A DNA stretch of 49,370 bases. Origin: a virus. Taxonomy: Duplodnaviria > Heunggongvirae > Uroviricota > Caudoviricetes. Made by a program: the position numbers and the translations under genes. Within the stretch, counting starts at the first letter, position 1, and every line of letters starts with the position of its first letter. Below the pieces are notes generated by a model, which made no database searches, was not told the origin of the DNA, and saw only the letters and a program-made list of their open reading frames with translations. Below, one piece after another: positions 1 through 9,116 of this stretch. The DNA is taken from the IMG/VR virus record IMGVR_UViG_2522572023_000012; one strand, 5' to 3'.

Positions 1-385
1 TTGCCTCCCCCCCGTTGATGGGTAAAATAGCCGCAATTTTTCGTTTTCAACAAGCGCGGCGCGATGCCGCTTACTCAAGAAGAAAGAATTATGACGTTGT
101 CTCCTTATTTGCAAGAGGTGGCGAAGCGCCGCACTTTTGCCATTATTTCTCACCCCAATAATTAAGCCCAAATTAAAGCTCTTTTACTCTTTCAAAATCC
201 TTTCAGTTAATTGAGTAATAATCACACAACTCATTTAATAACATCATCTTATGTGGTTTCTTTAATTGAAAATTCTTTCATGTAACTTTAAATCGATCAG
301 GTTACTTTCATCAAAAATCTGTACATGTGCTTGTACATAATGTACAAAACAGCAGAGGTGTTTTGTTATTTGTACAAGGTGAGTA

Positions 386-1603
386 ATGGCGCTGTCTGAT
401 GCGTGGTTGCGTTCAGTCGTTGGAAAGGAACGTGATAAGGTTTTGGTTAAATCCGATCGTGATGGTCTGTCTGTCAGAGTATCACCGAAAGGTCGCGTAG
501 TGTTCCAATATCGTTATCAATGGGCAGGGAAAGGTGAGCGTCTTGATATCGGAACTTACCCGGCAACTGGATTAAAAGAGGCCAGAGAAGAAGTTATCCG
601 TCTCCGTGGTGAACTCGAGTCAAACCGTAATCCACGATTGGTCAAGCAGGCTGAAAAACGAAAAGCTACTGAAGCCATGACGGTAGAGTCTGTGATCCGT
701 GCCTGGTATGAAGCATATTGTGTAAAAAATAAAAAGGGTTCTGAACAGATACTCCGCTCGTTTGAGCTGCACCTGTTCTCTAAAATCGGGAATATCCCTC
801 ACGATGCAGCTACATTGCATGATTGGTTAGAAGTCTTGGAGCCTCTTAGCACTAAGACTCCAGCAATAGCAGACCGATTGCTAATTAACGCAAAGCAGGC
901 CCATGTCTGGGCGTATAAGAGAAAGCTTATTGAAACTCGCCCGCTGTCGGATATCACGGGTAAAGATATGGATATCCGTAAAGGTCAGAAGAAACGGTTT
1001 CTGACACACGATGAAATTAAAATTCTTTATGCTGCGATCGATGGCTCTAGAATGGTTCCCAAATACCGGGCCTTCATTAAACTATTACTGCATTTTGGTT
1101 GCCGTAGTTCGGAGCTAATTACTGCTAGGGTGGATGATTTTGATTTCATAAATAAGGTATGGACTGTACCGCCAGAACGACATAAGACAGGGGATATAAC
1201 AGGCGAACCGCTAAAGCGCCCCATTATTGAACCGGTTGAAGAGCTTATAAAGTACGTTATCTCTATGAACAATGGTTCCGATATGCTTTTTACTAAGGAA
1301 GGAAGCAGGGAGCCCGTTGGACGGACATCATTGCAGTCGCTGCCTTACAATTTAATGCAGTACGCATGGCGGCGTTTGGGGTATCAATTCCCTCATTGGT
1401 CTCTTCATGATTTGAGACGAACAGCACGAACAAACTTTTCTGATCTTACTGCGCCTCATATTGCAGAAATAATGCTCGGTCATAAACTGCCAGGGGTATG
1501 GCAGGTTTATGACAAGAGCGATTATTTAGAAGAACAGCGTAAAGCTTACCAGGCGTGGTGGGAGAGGGTTGAATCGATAGTTACTTGTACTTGTTCAGAC
1601 TAG
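386..1603 (+). CDS. int: Phage integrase, tyrosine recombinase (P4-like, N-terminal arm-binding DUF4102-type domain)
   Basis: 405-aa ORF; N-terminus fits the DUF4102 arm-binding pattern (DGLSVRVSPKGRVVFQYRY...GTYP), C-terminal catalytic region with HxxR and a terminal Tyr region; sits at the prophage edge. Confidence 0.9.
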   Translation: MALSDAWLRSVVGKERDKVLVKSDRDGLSVRVSPKGRVVFQYRYQWAGKGERLDIGTYPATGLKEAREEVIRLRGELESNRNPRLVKQAEKRKATEAMTVESVIRAWYEAYCVKNKKGSEQILRSFELHLFSKIGNIPHDAATLHDWLEVLEPLSTKTPAIADRLLINAKQAHVWAYKRKLIETRPLSDITGKDMDIRKGQKKRFLTHDEIKILYAAIDGSRMVPKYRAFIKLLLHFGCRSSELITARVDDFDFINKVWTVPPERHKTGDITGEPLKRPIIEPVEELIKYVISMNNGSDMLFTKEGSREPVGRTSLQSLPYNLMQYAWRRLGYQFPHWSLHDLRRTARTNFSDLTAPHIAEIMLGHKLPGVWQVYDKSDYLEEQRKAYQAWWERVESIVTCTCSD

Positions 1604-1679
1604 AACTGACATTTTGCATAGGCAGAACGCAATTATGCATATTGCGGTATAATCCCCTTCTTAAAACTGTAAGAATTGC

Positions 1680-3869
1680 TTGCTAATCCTTGCAGTTTTT
1701 GATTATAACATTTTTATTTGTTTATTAGGATTTTTGATGGAACTGTTACAGGAACACGGGGCGATACTTAAAGTTGTAATCATGCCTACTACTGGGGAAC
1801 AAACCATAATCCAAGGTTTCGATACTGGCCTCCTCAACCCAGAGATATCCAACATTCTTTTTTTATTGGCCAAAACACCAAAAGAAATTAGTGAGATTTT
1901 TGTCAATGAAAATGATAACTTTCAGCCTACTCTAAGCGGGCTAAATCCTATTTTTTTAATATCTAAAGAAAATCTTGAAAAAATACCAAATATTTATCAA
2001 ACGCCATTTTGCTTAATTTTTTGTGCTAAAGAAGATTTTTCGTATGTTTGTGCTTTAAAAAAACATTTTGCTATACCACCTATAATTTGTTGCAATTCTA
2101 AACGCGCTGATCTACCACTTAATAAGATTAATAGTATATACTCATTTGATAAGGTGCTCTTCTCTCGGTTGAAATTCATTGAGGATAAAATAAGAAAAAA
2201 TCACAGTGAAAAGAAAATATCAACGAAGTTGAAGCGAAGAGGGGCTTTATTTAATAAATCACCTTGGAGATCGACGCTTAACAATTCAACACTACCCAAT
2301 GAGTTGTTAATTGAATCACTTGGCTATATGCTATCTCCACCAAAAAGAATTAAAGATGGTAGTAGCAAAAGAGAGTTTATAGAAATAATACTTCATAGCG
2401 TTGATGCATACACCGAATGTTTAAAGGAATTAGATATACCACTTCCAACGGAAGTCTTACTTTTTGCTCCGGGTATGCACTCTTTTTTATATGATAAAAA
2501 TAATGACTTTTATGAGTTAATAACGGAAAATTTATCCACAATTGAGAAAAAATTCCTTATTGATGGAGTGTTGAGGAATCCTGGCTATTCTGGAATTAGA
2601 CTTGATATAAATTCAGATAGAAAAGAACTTTTTAAAAGTCCTGCTTTCCGTTACCTCACCTCACTAAGACGCGCTGAAATGCGATTAACAACAGCTGCGA
2701 TTACTTTATTTAGCATAAATAAAAAAATCCCAGCAATAAGATTGCCAAATGCAATAAATCATTACTCCAATTATTTGAAAAATCTTGAAGATCTTGCAAC
2801 TTCTTCTGGGATAAATAGTGAAGCATTCATCACTAAATCTAAAGCATTCAATACTGTTATTCGAAGAGCCCTTGGTTGCAAGTTGAGAACATATATAAGT
2901 AAAAACTATAGCGATTTGTCCTTTGTTTGTGATGTACCATTGGATTGGATTAGGTTTAATAACATACCTATAATGTTCAGTCATGAGATATCAAGAATAA
3001 ATGCTACGCCTGGTAACGTTCTTCTACAGAGCGCCTCTGCTTTTCCGCGCGTTTTAGTAAAAGCATCTGAGTTGAGAAAGGTTTTAGTTATACGTTCTTT
3101 TGAGCCTGATGATCACTTAAAGTTCATATTAGAGAACGCAATTGAGATATTTAAAAAACAGATGCCAGATCTTGATTGCGAGATTATTGATGTTAGATCG
3201 AAAGCTGAGTTTATTGATGCTCTAAATCAATATCAAGGTCATATTCTTGTTATGGATTGTCATGGAAACCATGATGGCAATGGGAGTCATGGATGGTTAA
3301 TAATAGGTGAGGATAAAGTGGACACTTGGAGTTTGAGAAAAATAGCAAGAATTCCTCCTATCGTAATTCTGAGTGCATGTTTAACATCTGCCCTAAGCGG
3401 TTCTCATGCCTCTGTTGCTAATGGCTTCGTTATAAGTGGTGCATTAAGTGTCATCGGAACATTACTGCCAGTAAATGCGATAGACTCTGCTGTGTTTGTA
3501 AGTCGGTTGATCTACCGGTTTTACGAGTTTCCTTCGACGCTATCTACAAATTTTACACATGTTAATGTAAGGCTTTTTCTTTCTGTTTTTCTTAGGATGT
3601 CCTATGCAAGCGATTTAATAAGAGGATTTTTATCTGAAGATTTGATACCGAATAACTCATGGAAGAAAGATGCAGTTGATATTAACATGTATATAAACAT
3701 GCTTCACCATGATTGGTATGATTATGTAATTAACAAATTGACGATGTTAACGGGGCTCACGAAAAAAGATGTACTTGATTTTATCGATAGAAAATTATTC
3801 ATAACCGAAACTATGTGCTATAGCCAAATTGGATTTCCAGATGCAATCACAATTAGTCTTAAAGATTGA
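1680..3869 (+). CDS. Large CHAT-domain (caspase-like protease) protein with uncharacterised N-terminal region; candidate defence/abortive-infection effector. True start may be internal (about 1737 MELLQEHG or 1785 MPTTGEQ)
   Basis: Uninterrupted 729-codon frame in a strongly AT-rich islet. C-terminal region shows a caspase/CHAT-like dyad: beta-strand ILVMDCHGNH (His-Gly), then about 40 aa later IVILSAC (Cys), followed by a Gly-rich hydrophobic stretch. Confidence 0.6.
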   Translation: MLILAVFDYNIFICLLGFLMELLQEHGAILKVVIMPTTGEQTIIQGFDTGLLNPEISNILFLLAKTPKEISEIFVNENDNFQPTLSGLNPIFLISKENLEKIPNIYQTPFCLIFCAKEDFSYVCALKKHFAIPPIICCNSKRADLPLNKINSIYSFDKVLFSRLKFIEDKIRKNHSEKKISTKLKRRGALFNKSPWRSTLNNSTLPNELLIESLGYMLSPPKRIKDGSSKREFIEIILHSVDAYTECLKELDIPLPTEVLLFAPGMHSFLYDKNNDFYELITENLSTIEKKFLIDGVLRNPGYSGIRLDINSDRKELFKSPAFRYLTSLRRAEMRLTTAAITLFSINKKIPAIRLPNAINHYSNYLKNLEDLATSSGINSEAFITKSKAFNTVIRRALGCKLRTYISKNYSDLSFVCDVPLDWIRFNNIPIMFSHEISRINATPGNVLLQSASAFPRVLVKASELRKVLVIRSFEPDDHLKFILENAIEIFKKQMPDLDCEIIDVRSKAEFIDALNQYQGHILVMDCHGNHDGNGSHGWLIIGEDKVDTWSLRKIARIPPIVILSACLTSALSGSHASVANGFVISGALSVIGTLLPVNAIDSAVFVSRLIYRFYEFPSTLSTNFTHVNVRLFLSVFLRMSYASDLIRGFLSEDLIPNNSWKKDAVDINMYINMLHHDWYDYVINKLTMLTGLTKKDVLDFIDRKLFITETMCYSQIGFPDAITISLKD

Positions 3870-3900
3870 CAACTGTATGTAATAAATATGGCATACTTCC

Positions 3901-3941
3901 GGCACAGAGCGAATATAACAGATCAGGTTTAGCTCTGTGCC
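3901..3941. terminator. Hairpin (10-bp stem ggcacagagc / gctctgtgcc) between the convergent CHAT gene and excisionase-like gene; possible bidirectional terminator
   Basis: Perfect 10-bp inverted repeat with about 21-nt loop in the intergenic region; no strong U-tract on either side. Confidence 0.3.
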
Positions 3942-3976
3942 ATAGGTGTACCAACTCTCATCTGAGCTAATGCTCG

Positions 3977-4171
3977 TTACTCAATAACTCCCGCAAATTT
4001 GTAAATCTTGCGTGATGCCCATTTATTTGGGCATGATTTAATATCAGGATCTGGAAAGTCTGGCCTGTATTTCTGGCCAGTTCTCCTGTTTACGCTGTTC
4101 CAGCGAAGAACGGTCGATACTGAAACGCCACAGAAGTCGGCGACTTGTTTAGTTGTCATTAAGTTGTTCAT
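3977..4171 (-). CDS. Excisionase-like / AlpA-family helix-turn-helix DNA-binding protein
   Basis: 64-aa ORF; TTKQVADFCGVSVSTVLRW is an HTH typical of Xis/AlpA-type proteins; first gene of the leftward early operon. Confidence 0.6.
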   Translation of the reverse strand: MNNLMTTKQVADFCGVSVSTVLRWNSVNRRTGQKYRPDFPDPDIKSCPNKWASRKIYKFAGVIE

Positions 4172-4791
4172 TACTTCACCTCCTGCGGTGGCTCCGGTAG
4201 CGGCATCCAGTGGGTTACTTTCGATGCCGGTTCTTCCCCATTGTCAGTAACTGCCCACCATTTGTTTCTCGAACAATCGTAATACCCTTCGAAGGTATCG
4301 CACTCAGTCCAGCCGTAAGACTTACCCCAACACCAAACATACTGTTTATCGTTCGGCATTCGCTCACTACAGCTTATCCAACCATCCGGAGTTACCGGAG
4401 AGTTGCCCGACAGCTTGTTCAACTTGTAAGTCTGGCTTACAGGTTTGGCACTATGAAGCATGGTGGCGCGGCAGGCGTTCCAGCCTTCATCAAAACCGAC
4501 TATGCCATTATTTAAAGACGGACGAGCATCTGGCACCACCAGTACTGGCTTGGCTATATATAGCGGCTGAACATACCAGCCCTTTGATAACCAACTGTCA
4601 GCAATGTTTTTGCTCCTGGTTATTGCCGGAATACCTAAGCCATTGTCTGAATGCAGCCATGCCACCGGCTCCTCTTCCAGCGATGCCAGAGCAATTTCAT
4701 AAGCACGGCGCTCAATATCGTCTCGAACCTCTAGGCTGCTGATTCGTTCTTTGATTTCTTTAATCAGTTCTTTATTGGTAAATGTGGTCAT
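4171..4791 (-). CDS. DUF551-family phage protein
   Basis: C-terminal THWMPLPEPP motif characteristic of DUF551; Cys/Trp-rich C-terminal region. Confidence 0.65.
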   Translation of the reverse strand: MTTFTNKELIKEIKERISSLEVRDDIERRAYEIALASLEEEPVAWLHSDNGLGIPAITRSKNIADSWLSKGWYVQPLYIAKPVLVVPDARPSLNNGIVGFDEGWNACRATMLHSAKPVSQTYKLNKLSGNSPVTPDGWISCSERMPNDKQYVWCWGKSYGWTECDTFEGYYDCSRNKWWAVTDNGEEPASKVTHWMPLPEPPQEVK

Positions 4792-5153
4792 TATGCTCCA
4801 GCCTCCGGCGCTTTGGGTATTACTGCCCAGTGAGTGATATTGAAGTTTTCAAGGTCCCCGACCTGAAATGTCCACTGCCATTCTCCGGTTTCTTTTTGTC
4901 CCCAGGTGTACCAGAGAGAACGCCAGCCAATCAGCCAGCCTTCTCCGTTAGCATCAAATAACAGGACACTTTCATTTGCTGGTGGCAGTTCAGCTGACAC
5001 TGGTATTATTTTGTTTTCCAGTGCCGCACATTTAGCTTCAAGCGCGTCGAATTTACGTACCAGGTACTCAGCATTTGTTTCGTTCACTTTCAGATCTCGC
5101 GGTACACATTTCCCGCGAAGAAACCCTTCCATTTCGAAAACATTCATGCGCAT
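4791..5153 (-). CDS. DUF551-like phage protein
   Basis: C-terminal ITHWAVIPKAPE motif; translationally coupled to its neighbours. Confidence 0.55.
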   Translation of the reverse strand: MRMNVFEMEGFLRGKCVPRDLKVNETNAEYLVRKFDALEAKCAALENKIIPVSAELPPANESVLLFDANGEGWLIGWRSLWYTWGQKETGEWQWTFQVGDLENFNITHWAVIPKAPEAGA

Positions 5154-5707
5154 TTGCGTAACTCCGATAACTCGTTAAAACGTTCCATAAACATCCCGTA
5201 GGCATGGCCAGGTGCCAGTGGAATCACGTTGAACATCTCTGTTGCTGGGATGCCTTCCAGTACAGGCCAGAAAGAGCCATCATCAAGCCCGAGATCGCGG
5301 CGTTCGGTTGCCAGCATGATAAGATCGGCATATTTCACGGGCGTACTCATAACTGGGGGTAACCCGTATTTCTCACGGATTACGGCATCTATTTTTTCTT
5401 CCATCCGTTTATAGTCAGGAAGAAGGCGTTTCAGTGGCGCGGGAATGTCCTGACAATACGCTTCTGTTGCATCATGCATTAACGCTTCAAAAGCAAATTC
5501 CTGCGGTACCAGCTGGCTGCAAAGCACCGCATGTTGGGCGACGCTGTAGAAGTGTGAAAGATGTCCTGCAAAGCGACAGATATTTGAAAGGGAAACCGCG
5601 ATATCGTTAATAACGATGTCATCTTTATTTATCTTGTCATAATAAAAATGCTTCCCGGAAAAAGTTTTAATAAATGACATTTTGTTCTCCACGTATATGC
5701 GCTGCAC
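5144..5707 (-). CDS. HD-domain phosphohydrolase (YfdR-like 5'-deoxynucleotidase)
   Basis: His...HD metal-binding motif (HLSHFYSVAQHAV ... MHDATEAY); about 180 aa as in prophage YfdR-type proteins. Confidence 0.8.
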   Translation of the reverse strand: MQRIYVENKMSFIKTFSGKHFYYDKINKDDIVINDIAVSLSNICRFAGHLSHFYSVAQHAVLCSQLVPQEFAFEALMHDATEAYCQDIPAPLKRLLPDYKRMEEKIDAVIREKYGLPPVMSTPVKYADLIMLATERRDLGLDDGSFWPVLEGIPATEMFNVIPLAPGHAYGMFMERFNELSELRKCA

Positions 5708-5807
5708 CGCGCTGAATTTGGGTAAAAGGAAGCCCTCACCATCCGGTGATTATTGAGTTAATTACGTTTCCATAAATGCCCCCGCAGGGGCATTTGCAGT
5801 AATGAAA

Positions 5808-6632
5808 TCAGGCGGTGAAAGTACCAATAAAGGTTTCTACTTTGCTGTCTTTGAATTTCTCAACAAGCAGATCACGAAATTCGTTAGCCATATCTTCCTG
5901 CACCGCTTCCAGCTGAATAATGCGCAGAACCAGTACAGGACGATCGCCAGTGATAATGCTGAGGCGTAATTTAAACGGACGTTCTTTCAGACCTTCAAAC
6001 GGAACGCATTTAAATTCAAATGCCACTGGCATAATGTCTTTGGTCTTCGCTTCGACAGATTCCATCAGGGAGCGTTTGCCGCTGAAGTCATTATCTTCAA
6101 AATCAGCGGTCTGGTTTGCTTCAATCGTGATTTTACGGATTGCCGCAGCCGCTTTTGTTGCCTGAATGGCGTCACCATTAGCATCAAAGCCCACAAGGTA
6201 ATCGGCCCAGTCTTCAATCCATTCTGCCAGTGACTTCTGGGAGTTACGCTCGCCGTTAACAGACAACAGTGCAGAGAACGGTGCTGTCTTTTTCAGTTTG
6301 AGAGTGGCGGTGTTATCTGCGTGACCTGGTTCATTAATAGTACCCAGGTTAAGCATACTGACGGCACGCATATTATCAGCATCGATAAAGCAGCGGGTGC
6401 CTTCATCTGCAAGATCTTTAGAATAACGGGTAAAGTCATCGATGCTGGCAGTGGAAAGCGCACCACGGAAACGGAAGCGATTTAAATTAAATTTTTCCAG
6501 ATCATGAATGCGGAAATTCTCAGGCAATGCTACAGCATCGGCACCAATCTTACTGATAATTTCATTAACACCCTGAGCAGAAATAAGGGCATGGATTTGA
6601 TTAATTGCGGTTGCGTCTAAGCTCTGAGACAT
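5808..6632 (-). CDS. DUF2303-family protein (YfdQ-like)
   Basis: 274-aa ORF matching the length and recalled character of prophage YfdQ; good coding statistics. Confidence 0.7.
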   Translation of the reverse strand: MSQSLDATAINQIHALISAQGVNEIISKIGADAVALPENFRIHDLEKFNLNRFRFRGALSTASIDDFTRYSKDLADEGTRCFIDADNMRAVSMLNLGTINEPGHADNTATLKLKKTAPFSALLSVNGERNSQKSLAEWIEDWADYLVGFDANGDAIQATKAAAAIRKITIEANQTADFEDNDFSGKRSLMESVEAKTKDIMPVAFEFKCVPFEGLKERPFKLRLSIITGDRPVLVLRIIQLEAVQEDMANEFRDLLVEKFKDSKVETFIGTFTA

Positions 6633-6697
6633 AATAAGTCCTCACTATATTAAGATATTCAGTGATGAGATAAATAATCAGTTAATTAAGAACGATA

Positions 6698-7060
6698 TTA
6701 ATGACCTGCTGCGCGGAGTTTTCCGTCAGGATCACCGGCAAGAGTCAGTAATTGTCCCTGGTCTTCCTGCAGAATAGTCAGGCGACCACCGCGATTGACA
6801 TACATCGGCGTTTCGGTGGTGTCTTCTTCGGAAATTTTCCCGCGGTTAGTCGGGCGAACATATGAGAGTTTGTGTTTGATTTTCACACGGTTCTCATCAA
6901 ACGGTTCGATTTCCAGGTTGAGCGAGACCTTACCTTTGGTTTTCGTGTTCATCACACCGGAAGCGACTTCACTGAGAACTGCGCCGATTTTGGTTTCAAA
7001 TACGCCGCCGTCCAGCTCCCCAATAAATGCCTGCACATCAGTACTGCGTTCGCTAGCCAT
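6698..7060 (-). CDS. Hypothetical early phage protein (about 120 aa); start approximate
   Basis: The ORF track extends to 7378, but the N-terminal 106 aa are Arg/Cys-rich GC-noise; a plausible start is MASERSTDVQAF near 7060. Confidence 0.5.
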   Translation of the reverse strand: MASERSTDVQAFIGELDGGVFETKIGAVLSEVASGVMNTKTKGKVSLNLEIEPFDENRVKIKHKLSYVRPTNRGKISEEDTTETPMYVNRGGRLTILQEDQGQLLTLAGDPDGKLRAAGH

Positions 7061-7528
7061 TTTGCTGCTCCTCATCATATCGACCCTGCAAGGTCGGTTG
7101 GTTTCTCCACAAAACAGAGAAGAACACCTGCGGTGGCAGCCGCCCGGATGGATTGGGTTATGAGCCCGTCGTCCGGTGATGCTCTTCTCTGTTTTGTAAA
7201 AAGGACGGTACCAGCCGGAAGCAAGGGTACAAACTGGTACCGCCAGGACTACACACAGCATAAAGTTGTGGTGCCGGGTGCCTCCCGGTGCCTGGCGAAG
7301 GTTGCACACCAGACGGGTGGGTATACACAGAAGGTCGACTGTCAGCCTCAACCTTAACCCGCGTGCACTGAGCCGCATTCACCACAACGCTAAGAATTCT
7401 CTCTGGTTGAAAATACTTAGCTGTTATGTGCCTGCTTTTAGCCACATCAGGCGAGGTGGACCTGGTTATTCCCCAACAACAAGGATTCGGTTAATCTGGT
7501 TATCCCCAACAACGCAAAAGGAAAAGAA

Positions 7529-7945
7529 ATGTCCGGTAATATCTATACGCTGTACAAATCCCACTGTGAAAATGTTGGAAAGTATCGGGGCATTGAAATC
7601 AGTGGGGTAGTGTCATCAGTCGAAATAAGCAAAGTTGAATCAATGGCAACATTACTTACTCTTCTGGATCTTGTCTTACATGAGCACCGGAAGAAATTCG
7701 GCACTCCCTATAATCAGTTGAATGGGAAAAAGGCTCTGGTTCACCTTATTCTGATGAAGCATCACTGGATGCCAAAACAGATTAATGAGATGAAATTTGA
7801 TGAACTTCTTCTTTCAATTCAGGATGAACTCACGCTTGATAAAATAAGCGTAACCGCCCAGAAATTTTTAGATTATCGAGACTGGAGATCACAAATTCAT
7901 CACTTTGAACCGCCCCGGGTTTCCTGGAGAGTGTTTTATCTGTGA
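7529..7945 (+). pseudogene. Hypothetical low-GC ORF whose 3' end runs into the IS629-like terminal repeat (C-terminally truncated or fused by the IS insertion)
   Basis: 138-aa ORF; its last about 13 codons are encoded by the IS terminal inverted repeat starting at 7906. Confidence 0.4.
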
Positions 7946-7947
7946 AC

Positions 7948-8838
7948 TCAGGCTGCCAGATCATCGTTTCCGATGGAAGCATAATAAGCTTTTTCTGCTT
8001 CTGCCGGAGGAGTATGGCCCAGCCTTTCCAGCAATCGTCGATTGTTATACCAGTCCACCCACGTGAGTGTGGCCAGTTCCACTTCTGCACGGTTTTTCCA
8101 GCTCTTACGGTGTATTACCTCCGCTTTGTAAAGACCATTGATGCTCTCCGCCATCGCGTTGTCATACGAGTCGCCTGTACTTCCTGTTGATGCCAGTAAT
8201 CCGGCTTCCTTAAGCCGCTGTGTGTAGGCCAGCGATACATACTGAGAACCTTTATCACTGTGATGGAGCGTGCCGGACGGTCGACGGGCCCATAACGCCT
8301 GCTCCAGTGCATCCAGCACGAATGTCGTCTCCATGGACGATGAGACCCGCCACCCCACAATGTATCCGGCAAACACATCAATGATGAACGCCACATAGAC
8401 GAAGCCCTGCCATGTGCTGACGTAAGTAAAATCAGCCACCCACAGCTGGTCAGGTCGTTCTGCCACGAACTGACGGTTTACGCGGTCGCCTGCGGCAACG
8501 GCTTTCCGGCTGATGGTCGTACGGACCTTTTTACCCCGGAGAACACCGGCAAGTCCCATAACCGCCATGAGACGTGCCACAGTGCATCTGGCCACTCTGA
8601 TACCTTCCCGTAACAACTGACGCCAGACTTTACGCACACCGTATACCTTGTGATTTTCATCGTATACGCGCTGTATCTCTTTCTTCAGCCAGTCATCGCG
8701 CTGCGCACGGGCACTGCGTTTATCCGGATGATGTCGCTGTTGCTGACAGTGGTAATACGTTGACGGGGCAATATGCAGTTCGCTGCATAGCGGTCCGACC
8801 CCGTACTGCTCACGCAGCTTATCCAGCAGTGGCATCAT
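7948..8838 (-). CDS. IS3-family transposase OrfB (IS629-like)
   Basis: 296 aa with DDE-integrase character (LWVADFTYV...HSDKGSQY...DNAMAES). Confidence 0.9.
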   Translation of the reverse strand: MMPLLDKLREQYGVGPLCSELHIAPSTYYHCQQQRHHPDKRSARAQRDDWLKKEIQRVYDENHKVYGVRKVWRQLLREGIRVARCTVARLMAVMGLAGVLRGKKVRTTISRKAVAAGDRVNRQFVAERPDQLWVADFTYVSTWQGFVYVAFIIDVFAGYIVGWRVSSSMETTFVLDALEQALWARRPSGTLHHSDKGSQYVSLAYTQRLKEAGLLASTGSTGDSYDNAMAESINGLYKAEVIHRKSWKNRAEVELATLTWVDWYNNRRLLERLGHTPPAEAEKAYYASIGNDDLAA

Positions 8839-9076
8839 TTTTTCCAGAGGCGGTCGAACTCCGCCTTCGCAAAATAAGCGGAAGCCTGGCGAAGGATATC
8901 GTTACTGCGGCGCAGTTCACGATTTTCACGCTCCAGCTCTTTCAGACGCTGACGTTCAGCGGTGGTGAGCCCTCCATCACCGCCCCCGGTATCCCGCTCA
9001 TGCTGGCGAACCCAGACACGCAGAGTCTCCGGCGTACAGCCAATCTTTGGAGCAATGGAACAAATTGTCGCCCATT
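8835..9076 (-). pseudogene. IS3-family transposase OrfA, N-terminally truncated remnant
   Basis: Frame reads ...QWATICSIAPKIGCTPETLRVWVRQHERDTGGGDGGLTTAERQRLKELERENRELRRSNDILRQASAYFAKAEFDRLWKK* with no start codon; upstream sequence diverges. Confidence 0.6.
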
Positions 9077-9116
9077 GTGGTTCACTTTGATGATTTTGAC
9101 GAAAATGAATGGGATC

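Larger units (their letters stand above)
7906..9076 (-). mobile_element. IS3-family insertion sequence (IS629-like), 5'-truncated: one terminal repeat and orfB intact, orfA N-terminus and the other terminal repeat missing
   Basis: Terminal repeat TGAACCGCCCCGGG at 7906; orfB (296 aa) and an orfA C-terminal remnant ending ...AEFDRLWKK overlap in ATGA; homology to the recalled orfA is lost upstream of ...QWATICSIAPKIG (about 9076). Confidence 0.75.

Noticed and set aside
1-385. tRNA or tmRNA gene at the integrase-proximal end as attachment site
   Set aside because: No cloverleaf-compatible sequence or CCA-ending tRNA-like segment is visible in the first 385 bp; the att site remains unidentified.
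1703-2984. Short antisense ORFs inside the CHAT gene (1703-1906, 1997-2179, 2706-2984)
   Set aside because: Entirely contained on the opposite strand of a long uninterrupted frame; AT-rich sequence readily produces such frames.
6698-7378. Full 226-aa ORF as listed in the track
   Set aside because: The N-terminal 106 aa are Arg/Cys/Pro-rich with no coding character and span the GC-rich structured non-coding region; only the C-terminal portion of about 120 aa looks like a real gene.
7061-7460. Retron ncRNA hypothesis for the structured non-coding region
   Set aside because: No reverse transcriptase gene is adjacent; kept only as an unexplained structured element.
6795-7610. Several +-strand ORFs (6795-7163, 6872-7357, 7266-7610) and the - strand ORF 7158-7445
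   Set aside because: They overlap a real leftward gene or lie in the GC-rich non-coding region; their translations are compositionally biased noise.
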